Source of the DNA: Halalkalibacterium halodurans
GTDB lineage: Bacteria > Bacillota > Bacilli > Bacillales > Bacillaceae_D
NCBI RefSeq assembly: GCF_004376175.1
Contig: NZ_SNUY01000038.1
Coordinates: forward strand, 1 to 32,000
DNA length: 32,000 nt
Direction: 5' to 3'
Shown here: positions 8,678 to 15,732 of the stretch, piece by piece
How positions within the stretch are numbered: the stretch's first letter is position 1
How the letters are laid out: each line of letters starts with the position of its first letter
The notes under the pieces: model-generated
What the model saw: the letters and a program-made list of their open reading frames with translations, nothing else
What the model was told of the DNA's origin: nothing
Database searches by the model: none
Made by a program: the position numbers and the translations under genes

Positions 8678-9060
8678 CCTTCTCCCACCTTTACATCACA
8701 TTGAACATTAAATAAATTCCCATCTAGATCGTAAAAATCTAAAAAAGCATTCCCTTCCCCATCTTCATGAATCTCTTCCACTTGAACATCATGCTTCTTT
8801 AAGTGACCGTATAGCTTATAAATGTCATCCGTTTGAAAGCCAATCACCCCATGAGGCTTGTAGTTATAGGAAAAAGTAGCGGTCGTGTCATGGCTTGTTT
8901 CGCGCAAAAAGACCATTTGCCCAGAAGGGAGGTTCATTTGAGCCAAGTCCTCATCTTCACTATGCCAAATGAATTCCATACCTAGCACATCCGTATACCA
9001 ACGAATCGCCCGATCCATCGACTTGACTGGGACGATCCCATAGATGATCTGTTGTAGCAT
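8674..9060 (-). CDS. VOC-family protein (glyoxalase/bleomycin-resistance fold), paralog D
   Basis: 128 aa. IVPVKSMDRAIRWYTDVLGMEF...GFQTDDIYKLYGHLKKHDVQVEEIHEDGEGNAFLDFYDLDGNLFNV. RBS AAGGGGGAAG. Confidence 0.7.
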   Translation of the reverse strand: MLQQIIYGIVPVKSMDRAIRWYTDVLGMEFIWHSEDEDLAQMNLPSGQMVFLRETSHDTTATFSYNYKPHGVIGFQTDDIYKLYGHLKKHDVQVEEIHEDGEGNAFLDFYDLDGNLFNVQCDVKVGEG

Positions 9061-9078
9061 AGAACTTCCCCCTTCGGA

Positions 9079-9448
9079 TCACTTATCGACGATCACCCCA
9101 AACCGATTGCCATCCACATCGAAAAAATCAAAGCCTTCAATCGGCCCATGCTCATATATGTCAGTGACCTCAACACCTTTGTCCTTTAAGGATTAAATGA
9201 TAAGCTACTAAATCGTCCGTAGTAAAATTGTAGTAGCTGTTTTTGTACGTATCCGTTACCGTAAATTCAAGTGGTTGTTTCTCTTTCACCGTCACTAAAC
9301 TTACATATTGCTTATGCTCCTCAAAATAAAAGTCTGCTCCCATCTCCTCTGGCCAAGTTCCCACATGATTTAACTCGAGCACATCTCGATAAAACGCAAT
9401 CGACTTTTGCAAATGAACGACCGGTACGAACACAGCACCAATTCTCAT
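9079..9448 (-). pseudogene. VOC-family paralog C with a frameshift near 9187-9195
   Basis: The N-terminal part MRIGAVFVPVVHLQKSIAFYRDVLEL...TTDDLVAYHLI is in the frame of ORF 9170..9511 (true start ATG 9448 behind AAAGGAGAGGTG). The C-terminal part LKDKGVEVTDIYEHGPIEGFDFFDVDGNRFGVIVDK (9189..9079) is in another frame. Confidence 0.6.
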
Positions 9449-9467
9449 CAGCAGCACCTCTCCTTTT

Positions 9468-9863
9468 TTATTCCTTCGGCCAGCCTTCCCAAATATAAGA
9501 CCGATGTCCATCTAAATCTTTCACGATAAAGCTATAACCTCCCCCTTCTTTATAAACCATTTCCCCAACGGGTACGCCTTTATCTTTTAGGTCCGTATAA
9601 AAAGCATGAATGTCGTCGACGCGAAACGTTAACACCGCCTTCAGTTCCCCATTCTTATTTCGAAACGACAGATTGGGGACGTCGTCGCAACGAATTAACC
9701 CTAGCCCAATGCTACCATTCACGTTCAACCATGCTTCATCGTCGCCTTCTTGAAATGGAAAAGTAAACGCCAAACCAAGCATCGATTGATACCATTCGAC
9801 TGCTTTTTCAAGATTGGAAACAGGCAATTGGATCACTGGAATGTCTAGTGCTTTTCTTGACAT
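9468..9863 (-). CDS. VOC-family protein, paralog B
   Basis: MSRKALDIPVIQLPVSNLEKAVEWYQSMLGLAF...FRVDDIHAFYTDLKDKGVPVGEMVYKEGGGYSFIVKDLDGHRS. The start is moved to ATG 9863, since the ORF-track start overlaps the upstream gene. Confidence 0.65.
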   Translation of the reverse strand: MSRKALDIPVIQLPVSNLEKAVEWYQSMLGLAFTFPFQEGDDEAWLNVNGSIGLGLIRCDDVPNLSFRNKNGELKAVLTFRVDDIHAFYTDLKDKGVPVGEMVYKEGGGYSFIVKDLDGHRSYIWEGWPKE

Positions 9864-9888
9864 CTTTTTTCGTGTCCCCTTTCTTCGA

Positions 9889-10263
9889 TCATGTGACGAC
9901 CCCAAAATGATTTCCATCTAAATCGATTAGATCGAAGCCGCGAACCTTTCCATAATCGTGAATCTCGCCAACATTGGCACCTTTTGAGGAAAGAAGTTGG
10001 TGAGCCTTTCCTACATCATTCGTATGAAAGTTAAAATAGACATTCACCTCATAATCGTTCTGCGGAAACTTAGGTTGTTCGATGTCTTCACATGTCACGA
10101 GACAAAACGTCACCGTCCCATCGCCCACTTTTAACACATTGGCAGCTGGGCTATCATCGTGAATCATTTCAAAGCCTAGCATCTCTTTGTACCAATCCGT
10201 TGCTTTTGCTAAGTGACGCACAGGTATGAAAATGCCGACACCGTAAAGTAAGTCTATGTTCAT
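9889..10263 (-). CDS. VOC-family protein, paralog A
   Basis: 124 aa. GIFIPVRHLAKATDWYKEMLGFEM...FHTNDVGKAHQLLSSKGANVGEIHDYGKVRGFDLIDLDGNHFGVV. RBS AAAAGGAGGGG. Confidence 0.7.
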   Translation of the reverse strand: MNIDLLYGVGIFIPVRHLAKATDWYKEMLGFEMIHDDSPAANVLKVGDGTVTFCLVTCEDIEQPKFPQNDYEVNVYFNFHTNDVGKAHQLLSSKGANVGEIHDYGKVRGFDLIDLDGNHFGVVT

Positions 10264-10338
10264 AAGCCCCTCCTTTTTTCCGTTCTACTCATATAAACGA
10301 AGGGATGAAGCAATACCTTACACCACATGGTAAAAAAA

Positions 10339-11067
10339 TTATGTACAAATCATTAGCACATGACCGTCTGGATCAATCACTTGAAAACAAAGGGTGTAAC
10401 CAATCGAACGCCCTTTTCTTACTTCAATCCCCGCCCGGCTTAGGGCGCAATAGGATTCATAGATAAGTCTCGGGTTTTTTGTACGAAACCCTTTGAGGAA
10501 TTGTTCGAACATCGTGGAATCGATTTTTTCAGCACGAACCGATGGACCGATCTGCGGTTCCATATCTGAATAAGAGCGAACTTGTAAATAACGCTGGAGC
10601 TTTTTCTTCGCACGATGCAACGTCGTATACACGTTCGACTCAGATTCATTCATTAAGGTCGCCGTCTCTTTCGCGGTAAAAGCAAATACGTTAGATAGTA
10701 AAAGAGCAACGAATTGTTTTATTGTTAAATACTCCGCGAGCACTTCTAAAAGCTCTCGACTCTCATATTCTTCGTGAAAGTGTAGCTCCTGCATCACATC
10801 GTCTATTGGTTCAACCTGTAGCTGCCTTTTACGTTTTCTATCAATCCACGTATGTTTAATGATTCGATAGAAGAAGGTTTTCGTCATTTTTCGATCAGGT
10901 TGCTGTTTCATCGCTAGGTAGATTTTTATAAGGCTATCCTGAAATAAGTCCTCAGACTCCCATTTATTATGAGTTAACCGCTTACAATACCATTTCATCT
11001 CATAAAAAAATGGGGAGACTTTTTTCTCAAACTTCGACTCATCAAGAGGCTCCTGTTCATCTCTCAT
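10339..11067 (-). CDS. Sigma-70 family (ECF-like) sigma factor with a roughly 80 aa C-terminal extension resembling a single VOC module
   Basis: Region 2-like: ESEDLFQDSLIKIYLAM...FFYRIIKHTWIDRKRKR. Region 4 HTH-like: FTAKETATLMNESESNVYTTLHRAKKKLQRYL. The tail ...YCALSRAGIEVRKGRSIGYTLCFQVIDPDGHVLMI matches the terminal helix and beta-strands of the neighbouring VOC proteins. The start is placed at ATG 11067 behind GGGTGAGG. Confidence 0.6.
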   Translation of the reverse strand: MRDEQEPLDESKFEKKVSPFFYEMKWYCKRLTHNKWESEDLFQDSLIKIYLAMKQQPDRKMTKTFFYRIIKHTWIDRKRKRQLQVEPIDDVMQELHFHEEYESRELLEVLAEYLTIKQFVALLLSNVFAFTAKETATLMNESESNVYTTLHRAKKKLQRYLQVRSYSDMEPQIGPSVRAEKIDSTMFEQFLKGFRTKNPRLIYESYCALSRAGIEVRKGRSIGYTLCFQVIDPDGHVLMICT

Positions 11068-11104
11068 TTCTGCCTCACCCATTCCATCATTTTTTTAAAG
11101 GCAC

Positions 11105-11299
11105 TTATTCTTTGTTTTTTGATTTTCTAAATTGTATGACACACTCTCTACAAATGCATGATTTCCCTACATGCTCTGGTGGAACTAAAAGAAAGATTCC
11201 ATTCGGAAACACTTCGTCATTGCACCAGCAATCACCATATCCGCAGTTGTTTCCTTTGCCACAAATCGGGCAATGCTTGTTTTGTTCGCTCTTGGGCAT
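11105..11299 (-). CDS. Cysteine-rich CWC-family small protein
   Basis: MPKSEQNKHCPICGKGNNCGYGDCWCNDEVFPNGIFLLVPPEHVGKSCICRECV, giving the pattern CPxCG...C...CWC...CxCxxC. The start is placed at ATG 11299 behind AGCAGGGAAA. The ORF-track ATG 11335 falls inside a TATAAT box. Confidence 0.6.
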   Translation of the reverse strand: MPKSEQNKHCPICGKGNNCGYGDCWCNDEVFPNGIFLLVPPEHVGKSCICRECVIQFRKSKNKE

Positions 11300-11333
11300 G
11301 AGATTTCCCTGCTTTCTGTTCGAATCTTCTCTC

Positions 11334-11362
11334 ATTATAAGAAATAAAGTGGTTGTAATCTA
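11334..11362 (-). promoter_or_regulatory. Candidate SigA promoter for the CWC/sigma operon
   Basis: Minus strand: TATAAT (11339..11334), preceded after a 17-nt spacer by a weak -35, TAGATT. Confidence 0.35.
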
Positions 11363-11383
11363 TATGGAGCTTCTAGTAAATGA

Positions 11384-11414
11384 AAAACCAGGTAAAAGAT
11401 CCACCTGGTTTTTG
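11384..11414. terminator. Bidirectional hairpin terminator
   Basis: aaaaccaggt (11384-11393) pairs with acctggtttt (11403-11412). A-runs and T-runs flank it on both sides. Confidence 0.6.
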
Positions 11415-11622
11415 ATTCAATATAAGAAATCACTAACAACATACCCAATATGAAATAAAAGGACGAAAATGAGCAGTGGTCCAAGGACGGATACGTACAG
11501 TGCCATCTGGCCATACCGAATGTTTTTATCTCTCCCGTACATCTTGCTTATGAGCACAATGGCTAGTGTTATCACGGCAACATAACAATCCCATCTGATG
11601 TAAATATTGTTTTTTCATATAA

Positions 11623-11652
11623 ACGAACAAGAGGGGATTCCCCGTTGTTCGT
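11623..11652 (-). terminator. Hairpin immediately after the mgtE stop
   Basis: acgaacaa (11623-11630) pairs with ttgttcgt (11645-11652), with an inner GGGG/CCCC helix. The T-tract is weak (TTTAT). Confidence 0.45.
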
Positions 11653-11653
11653 T

Positions 11654-13018
11654 CTATAGATAGGTTGCTAGCGATGAAGCAATCGCAAAATAGAGGAGTA
11701 GACCGACTATGTCATTAATCGTTGTAATGAATGGGCCTGAAGCAACGGTAGGATCTATACGTAATTTATGAATAATGATCGGGATGATTGTGCCCGTCAT
11801 TGTTGAGATGACGACCGTGCCAAAAAGCGCTGTTCCAACGATCAGCCCAAGAGCCATGTTGCCAAAGCCATAAAATTGAGCTAGCAACGCGGCAAAGAGT
11901 CCGCACACGATCCCCATAATAAGCCCGGTCAACAGCTCTCGTTTAATCATTCGTCGACACGTTGGATGTTTCAGCTTTTCTAAGGTTAACTGCCTGACGA
12001 CAACCGCTAATGACTGCGTCCCTGTATTCCCTCCCATATCGGTTATGAGTGGGATGAAAATGGCAAGTAACGCAAGCTGGGCAAGTGTGTCTTCAAAGTG
12101 TTGAACGACGCTTGCAGTCGCCATCCCAAAAACCATTAATAGAAGAAGCCAAGGTAAACGTTTCATTGCTGCTTTGATTGGATGAACTTCTAGATTGATC
12201 GAACCCTTTGCCCCTGCCAGTTCCTCAAAATCTCCGGTTACTTCATCCTCCACAACGTCCATGACATCATCTACTGTCACGATCCCGATCATTTGATTGG
12301 TCTCTGTTGTGACGGGGATCGCGACAATGTCATAGTCACGTATCAGTTGTACAACCTCCCGCTGATCTGTATGGGGAAAAACAGAGATCACGTGCTTTTT
12401 CATTAGCTGTCGGACCGTTTCATGTAATGAAGAGGTTAAGACATCTTTTAACGAGAGGACACCCATCAGTTGATTGTTCTCGTTTACAACATAAAGGTAG
12501 TAGATCATTTCGGCATCTTTGCCCTCGGCGCGAAGCGTTTCGAATACATCTGCCACCGTTTTTTCTTGCTGAATGGTCAAATATTCAGTCGTCATCAAGG
12601 AACCAGCTGTCTTTTTCTCATAAGACATTAAACGCTTGATGGCATGGGCCTCCTGTTCATCCATACGATCTAAAAAATAGCCGGTCAAATGATTAGGAAT
12701 CTCCTCAAAAAAGTCGGTCATATCGTCTGGTGCCATTTCTTCGAACATTTTAATCGTGTAAGACTCTTTCAGCTCTGTGACAATCTGTTTTTGTTGGTTC
12801 CGTTCCATCCCTCTAAATATAGGAGCAAACTCTTTCGGCCCAATCCATTCATACACTCGCTTCCGCTTTTGAACGTTCAACTCCGAGAAAATCTCCACTT
12901 GATCAATAGGATGTAATGCAAGAAAATCATCGCGAAATTTTTCTCGTTCTTGTTCTTTTAAATACATGTGTAAGTAAAAGGTATACTCTTCTCTGTTTTT
13001 GAAGTCCAGCATCATCAT
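11654..13018 (-). CDS. mgtE: Magnesium transporter MgtE
   Basis: 454 aa from ATG 13018 behind AAGGAGG. It has an N-domain, tandem CBS domains (...VVNENNQLMGVLSLKDV..., ...TETNQMIGIVTVDDV...) and a C-terminal 5-TM domain with GNTGTQS. The ORF-track start 13069 overlaps mgtC. Confidence 0.92.
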   Translation of the reverse strand: MMMLDFKNREEYTFYLHMYLKEQEREKFRDDFLALHPIDQVEIFSELNVQKRKRVYEWIGPKEFAPIFRGMERNQQKQIVTELKESYTIKMFEEMAPDDMTDFFEEIPNHLTGYFLDRMDEQEAHAIKRLMSYEKKTAGSLMTTEYLTIQQEKTVADVFETLRAEGKDAEMIYYLYVVNENNQLMGVLSLKDVLTSSLHETVRQLMKKHVISVFPHTDQREVVQLIRDYDIVAIPVTTETNQMIGIVTVDDVMDVVEDEVTGDFEELAGAKGSINLEVHPIKAAMKRLPWLLLLMVFGMATASVVQHFEDTLAQLALLAIFIPLITDMGGNTGTQSLAVVVRQLTLEKLKHPTCRRMIKRELLTGLIMGIVCGLFAALLAQFYGFGNMALGLIVGTALFGTVVISTMTGTIIPIIIHKLRIDPTVASGPFITTINDIVGLLLYFAIASSLATYL

Positions 13019-13037
13019 GAGAAATCCTCCTTTCCTT

Positions 13038-13736
13038 TTACAAATGTTCCACATCAACGGTGAGAACATGGTCGATCTTTTTGATGAGGTAATAAATTTC
13101 CGTCGTATATTGTTTTTCTGGAGCCGATAAAATCAGTTCCACTTGCTGATTACCGTTCTCTAAATCTTTTAATTTCAGATGGCGAATGCGGATGTCGCTC
13201 CCTTTTTTAGCCATGCTCGTTTTTCGTTCAATCGATTGGATTAGTTCCGTCATTCTCATATTCGGCTCCATGACCATCTTGACCGCCACATCTCGTTGCC
13301 GAAGAGAAGAAGGCCCCACTTTTTTCACGAGTTGAGGAAAGACATTTATCGCTAGCATTAAAAGGACTACCATATACCCTGCTTCAATGTAGAAGCCTGC
13401 GCCAACAGCAATTCCTAATCCTGACGCTGCCCAAATCATTGCAGCTGTCGTCAGACCGGAAATGACATCATTTCGTTTTCTTAAAATAACTCCCGCCCCT
13501 AAAAAACCGACACCGCTCACAATTTGCGCCGCTAAGCGCATTGGATCCATATTATTAAACATCGGGGTCGCAAACCTGTGAAACGATTCGACCGACACGA
13601 TCGTTACTAGACAGCTGGCAACACAAATGACCATGCTCGTCTTTAATCCTAAAGGTTTGTGCTTTAACTGACGGTCAATACCAATCAATAATCCGAAAAA
13701 TAATGCGATGCTTAATTTCATTAACAGTTCTGTCAT
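13038..13736 (-). CDS. MgtC/SapB-family membrane protein
   Basis: LLMKLSIALFFGLLIGIDRQLKHKPLGLKTSMVICVASCLVTIV...AQIVSGVGFLGAGVILR...GLTTAAMIWAASGLGIAVGAG is the MgtC signature. A soluble C-terminal domain follows. The start is ATG 13736 or GTG 13745. Confidence 0.85.
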   Translation of the reverse strand: MTELLMKLSIALFFGLLIGIDRQLKHKPLGLKTSMVICVASCLVTIVSVESFHRFATPMFNNMDPMRLAAQIVSGVGFLGAGVILRKRNDVISGLTTAAMIWAASGLGIAVGAGFYIEAGYMVVLLMLAINVFPQLVKKVGPSSLRQRDVAVKMVMEPNMRMTELIQSIERKTSMAKKGSDIRIRHLKLKDLENGNQQVELILSAPEKQYTTEIYYLIKKIDHVLTVDVEHL

Positions 13737-13825
13737 TTCGTTCACCTGCTTTCCTCACTTATGGTTAGAAAAATGTTTTATAGCAAAAACCGTTGTTCGT
13801 CACAAAAGCTAAACTTCCTTAAAGT

Positions 13826-13860
13826 GCAAAAAGCCTACCTTCTACAAATAAAGGTAGGCT
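13826..13860 (-). terminator. Expression-platform terminator of M-box 1
   Basis: Minus strand: AGCCTACCTT-loop-AAGGTAGGCT followed by TTTTTG. The 5' arm can alternatively pair with the aptamer segment AGGTGAGGCT, which would form an antiterminator. Confidence 0.75.
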
Positions 13861-13898
13861 CCCCAAACACACTCATGTTCTATGAGCGAGATTCCCTT

Positions 13899-14047
13899 CA
13901 TTCGTAGAGCTTTAGCACTGTATGGCATAGGACATTGCCAGCTACATTAAAAATCACCTTATGTCGATGATTTCTGTTGACCCATTGGCGTCTCTGGACG
14001 TTTTTGGGCAGCAGCATATCTCCATACAGGAGCCTCACCTAACGAAG
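13899..14047 (-). promoter_or_regulatory. M-box (ykoK leader) Mg2+ riboswitch aptamer, copy 1, controlling mgtC-mgtE
   Basis: The minus strand reads CTTCGTTAGGTGAGGCTCCTGTATGGAGATATGCTGCTGCCCAAAAACGTCCAGAGACGCCAATGGGTCAACAGAAATCATCGACATAAGGTGATTTTTAATGTAGCTGGCAATGTCCTATGCCATACAGTGCTAAAGCTCTACGAATGAAG. As I recall it, this is nearly colinear with the B. subtilis mgtE M-box. Confidence 0.9.
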
Positions 14048-14060
14048 TGGTTGTACGTAT

Positions 14061-14153
14061 TTACTTGTCCGCTATCATCGAAAAGGCAGCGATGGTTACC
14101 GTTGCGCCAATTGAGATAAACATGTTCCCTTGATCATGTGACTCACTGTCCAT
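14061..14153 (-). CDS. Unannotated 30-aa hydrophobic small protein between the two M-boxes
   Basis: GGAGGTG, then 7 nt, then ATG (14153). Translation is MDSESHDQGNMFISIGATVTIAAFSMIADK with stop TAA at 14063..14061. It has one predicted TM-length hydrophobic stretch. It is too short for the ORF track. Confidence 0.5.
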   Translation of the reverse strand: MDSESHDQGNMFISIGATVTIAAFSMIADK

Positions 14154-14192
14154 CTCTTACCACCTCCACTGCTTCTAAGAAAGGGATAGCTC

Positions 14193-14225
14193 AAAAAAAA
14201 TCACCCTCATACGAATGAAGGTGAT
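14193..14225 (-). terminator. Intrinsic terminator downstream of M-box 2
   Basis: Minus strand: ATCACCTTCAT-TCGT-ATGAGGGTGAT followed by T8 (14200..14193). The 5' arm is complementary to the aptamer segment AAGGTGAT. Confidence 0.75.
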
Positions 14226-14351
14226 TACGTCATGTTTCCATTGTTCAAAAAACGAAAGCCTGATGCCAAGACGATCATAAGAAACGCACACTATAATCGT
14301 AAAGATGCCCCTTTATCGGGCATAGCGATGGCAATGGCCACTGTTGTCCCC

Positions 14352-14494
14352 CATTCGTAGAGCTTTAGCACTGTATGGCATAGGACGTTGCCAGCTACAT
14401 TAAAAATCACCTTATGTCGATGATTTCTGTTGACCCATTGGCGTCTTTGGACGAGCAGCAGCATATCTCCATACAGGAGCCTCACCTAACGAAG
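14352..14494 (-). promoter_or_regulatory. M-box Mg2+ riboswitch aptamer, copy 2
   Basis: Same sequence as copy 1 apart from two substitutions and one short replacement (7 nt in copy 1 against 1 nt here, in the GCTGCTGCC-CAAAAA segment). The P1 3' strand differs but can still pair (GTCTTCG with CGAATGGGGGAC). Confidence 0.85.
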
Positions 14495-14521
14495 ACATTT
14501 ATGAAATTTTTTACAACTCAT

Positions 14522-14550
14522 AGACTACATGAAGATATTTTACCTGTCAA
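14522..14550 (-). promoter_or_regulatory. Candidate promoter of the M-box/mgtCE transcript
   Basis: Minus strand: TTGACA (14550..14545), 17-nt spacer, weak -10 TAGTCT (14527..14522). Confidence 0.35.
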
Positions 14551-14555
14551 TAGGC

Positions 14556-14585
14556 GAAAAGCCGGAGGATTGCATTCCTCCAGCT
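14556..14585 (-). terminator. Terminator of the DAACS transporter gene
   Basis: Minus strand: GCTGGAGGA-ATGCAA-TCCTCCGGC followed by TTTTCG. It begins 5 nt after the stop. Confidence 0.6.
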
Positions 14586-14589
14586 CTCT

Positions 14590-15732
14590 TTACCCTTTAT
14601 TGGATATTTTATCGATAAACAAGGCGATCGCGCCATCTCCTGTCACATTGGTTGCTGTGCCAAAGCTATCTTGGGCCATATAAAGAGCAATCATTAAACC
14701 GATAGCTGCCTCACTAAAGCCGAGCATCGAGGCTAACACTCCCGTGGCGGCCATTACAGCTCCTCCAGGAACGCCTGGTGCTGCGATCATGATGACTCCT
14801 AGCATTGCGATGACGGGGAGCATTGTGAAATAAGTTGGTGTCGCAAGCCCCTCCATCACCATCATGACTGCTAATGAGCAGCTGACGATCGTAATCGTAC
14901 TCCCTGATAAATGAATCGTTGCACATAACGGGATCGAGAAGTTGGCAATATCTTCTTTGATCCCATTTTGTTTTGCTTGCCTTAATGTAACTGGAATCGT
15001 AGCCGCACTACTCATCGTACCTAAGCCGGTAAAATAAGCTGGGAGCATTGTTTTCAACAGAGCGAATGGATTTCGGCCAATATAGGAACCAGCCGCGACA
15101 TATTGAATCGTAATCCAGACCCAATGGGTGAGAATCGCGACCACTAACACGACGCCAAATACTTGCAATGTGGCGAAGACGGTTCCTTCTGCCGCAATCC
15201 CTGCAAAAATACCAGCGATGTAAAAAGGCAATAACGGAATGATCGCTTTCACAATGATTAACTCAACAACTGCTTTTCCTTCATCAAAAAAACGGATCAA
15301 GGTATCGCTTTTCAACATCGTCATACTTATACCGAAAGCAAATGCTAAAACTAATGCAGTCACTACACCCATGATCGGTGCAATTTCAAAATCAATAAAA
15401 CTTGCCAGACTAGCCCCTTCCTCTGGAACGCCTCCATCTTTTGCGACATACGGCATGACAAATGAGGCCACAAAGAATGCTAACGTGCCCGCTAGTAGTG
15501 TAGATACATAAGCTGTTCCTACCGTAAGACCAACCATCTTCCCTGAACCATTTCCTAGCTTCGTCACCCCTGAAGCAATAAAAAACAAAATAATGAGCGG
15601 GATCATAAAGCGAATAAACTGACCGAGAATCACCTCAACGGTTAAAAAGATCCGTGTGATCCAATCAACACCTAGGAGACCGACGATAATTCCGACAATG
15701 ATTCCTGCAAGTAACTTGAGAATAAGCTTCAT
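14590..15732 (-). CDS. Dicarboxylate/amino acid:cation symporter (DAACS/SDF family) transporter
   Basis: 380 aa polytopic membrane protein. Family-like motifs: ...GTMSSAATIPVTL...SIPLCATIHLSGSTITI...AAPGVPGGAVMAA...AQDSFGTATNVTGDGAIA. The substrate cannot be assigned from sequence. Confidence 0.7.
   Translation of the reverse strand: MKLILKLLAGIIVGIIVGLLGVDWITRIFLTVEVILGQFIRFMIPLIILFFIASGVTKLGNGSGKMVGLTVGTAYVSTLLAGTLAFFVASFVMPYVAKDGGVPEEGASLASFIDFEIAPIMGVVTALVLAFAFGISMTMLKSDTLIRFFDEGKAVVELIIVKAIIPLLPFYIAGIFAGIAAEGTVFATLQVFGVVLVVAILTHWVWITIQYVAAGSYIGRNPFALLKTMLPAYFTGLGTMSSAATIPVTLRQAKQNGIKEDIANFSIPLCATIHLSGSTITIVSCSLAVMMVMEGLATPTYFTMLPVIAMLGVIMIAAPGVPGGAVMAATGVLASMLGFSEAAIGLMIALYMAQDSFGTATNVTGDGAIALFIDKISNKG

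Noticed and set aside
10264-10338. Search for an ECF-type promoter (AAC ... CGT) between the sigma gene and the first VOC gene
   Set aside because: A CGTTTA element is present, but there is no convincing -35 AAC motif at the right spacing. It cannot be called by eye.
11010-11453. 147-aa plus-strand ORF spanning the sigma and CWC gene starts
   Set aside because: It is antisense to two genes with good motifs and RBSs. It has no recognisable domain or RBS.
11417-11575. Possible 41-52 aa membrane peptide (…MYGRDKNIRYGQMALYVSVLGPLLIFVLLFHIGYVVSDFLY) between the mgtE terminator and the 11384-11414 hairpin
   Set aside because: It is hydrophobic and bracketed by terminators, but neither candidate start (GTG 11575, ATG 11542) has an SD. 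I cannot support it as a gene. It is worth a look only if transcript or ribosome data exist.
14230-14283. 17-codon ORF (MIVLASGFRFLNNGNMT) between M-box 2 and its terminator
   Set aside because: No SD sequence precedes the ATG. It is more likely part of the expression platform.
14291-14485. 64-aa minus-strand ORF from the track
   Set aside because: It lies almost entirely within M-box aptamer 2 and its downstream hairpin. It has no RBS, and the sequence is explained by the riboswitch.
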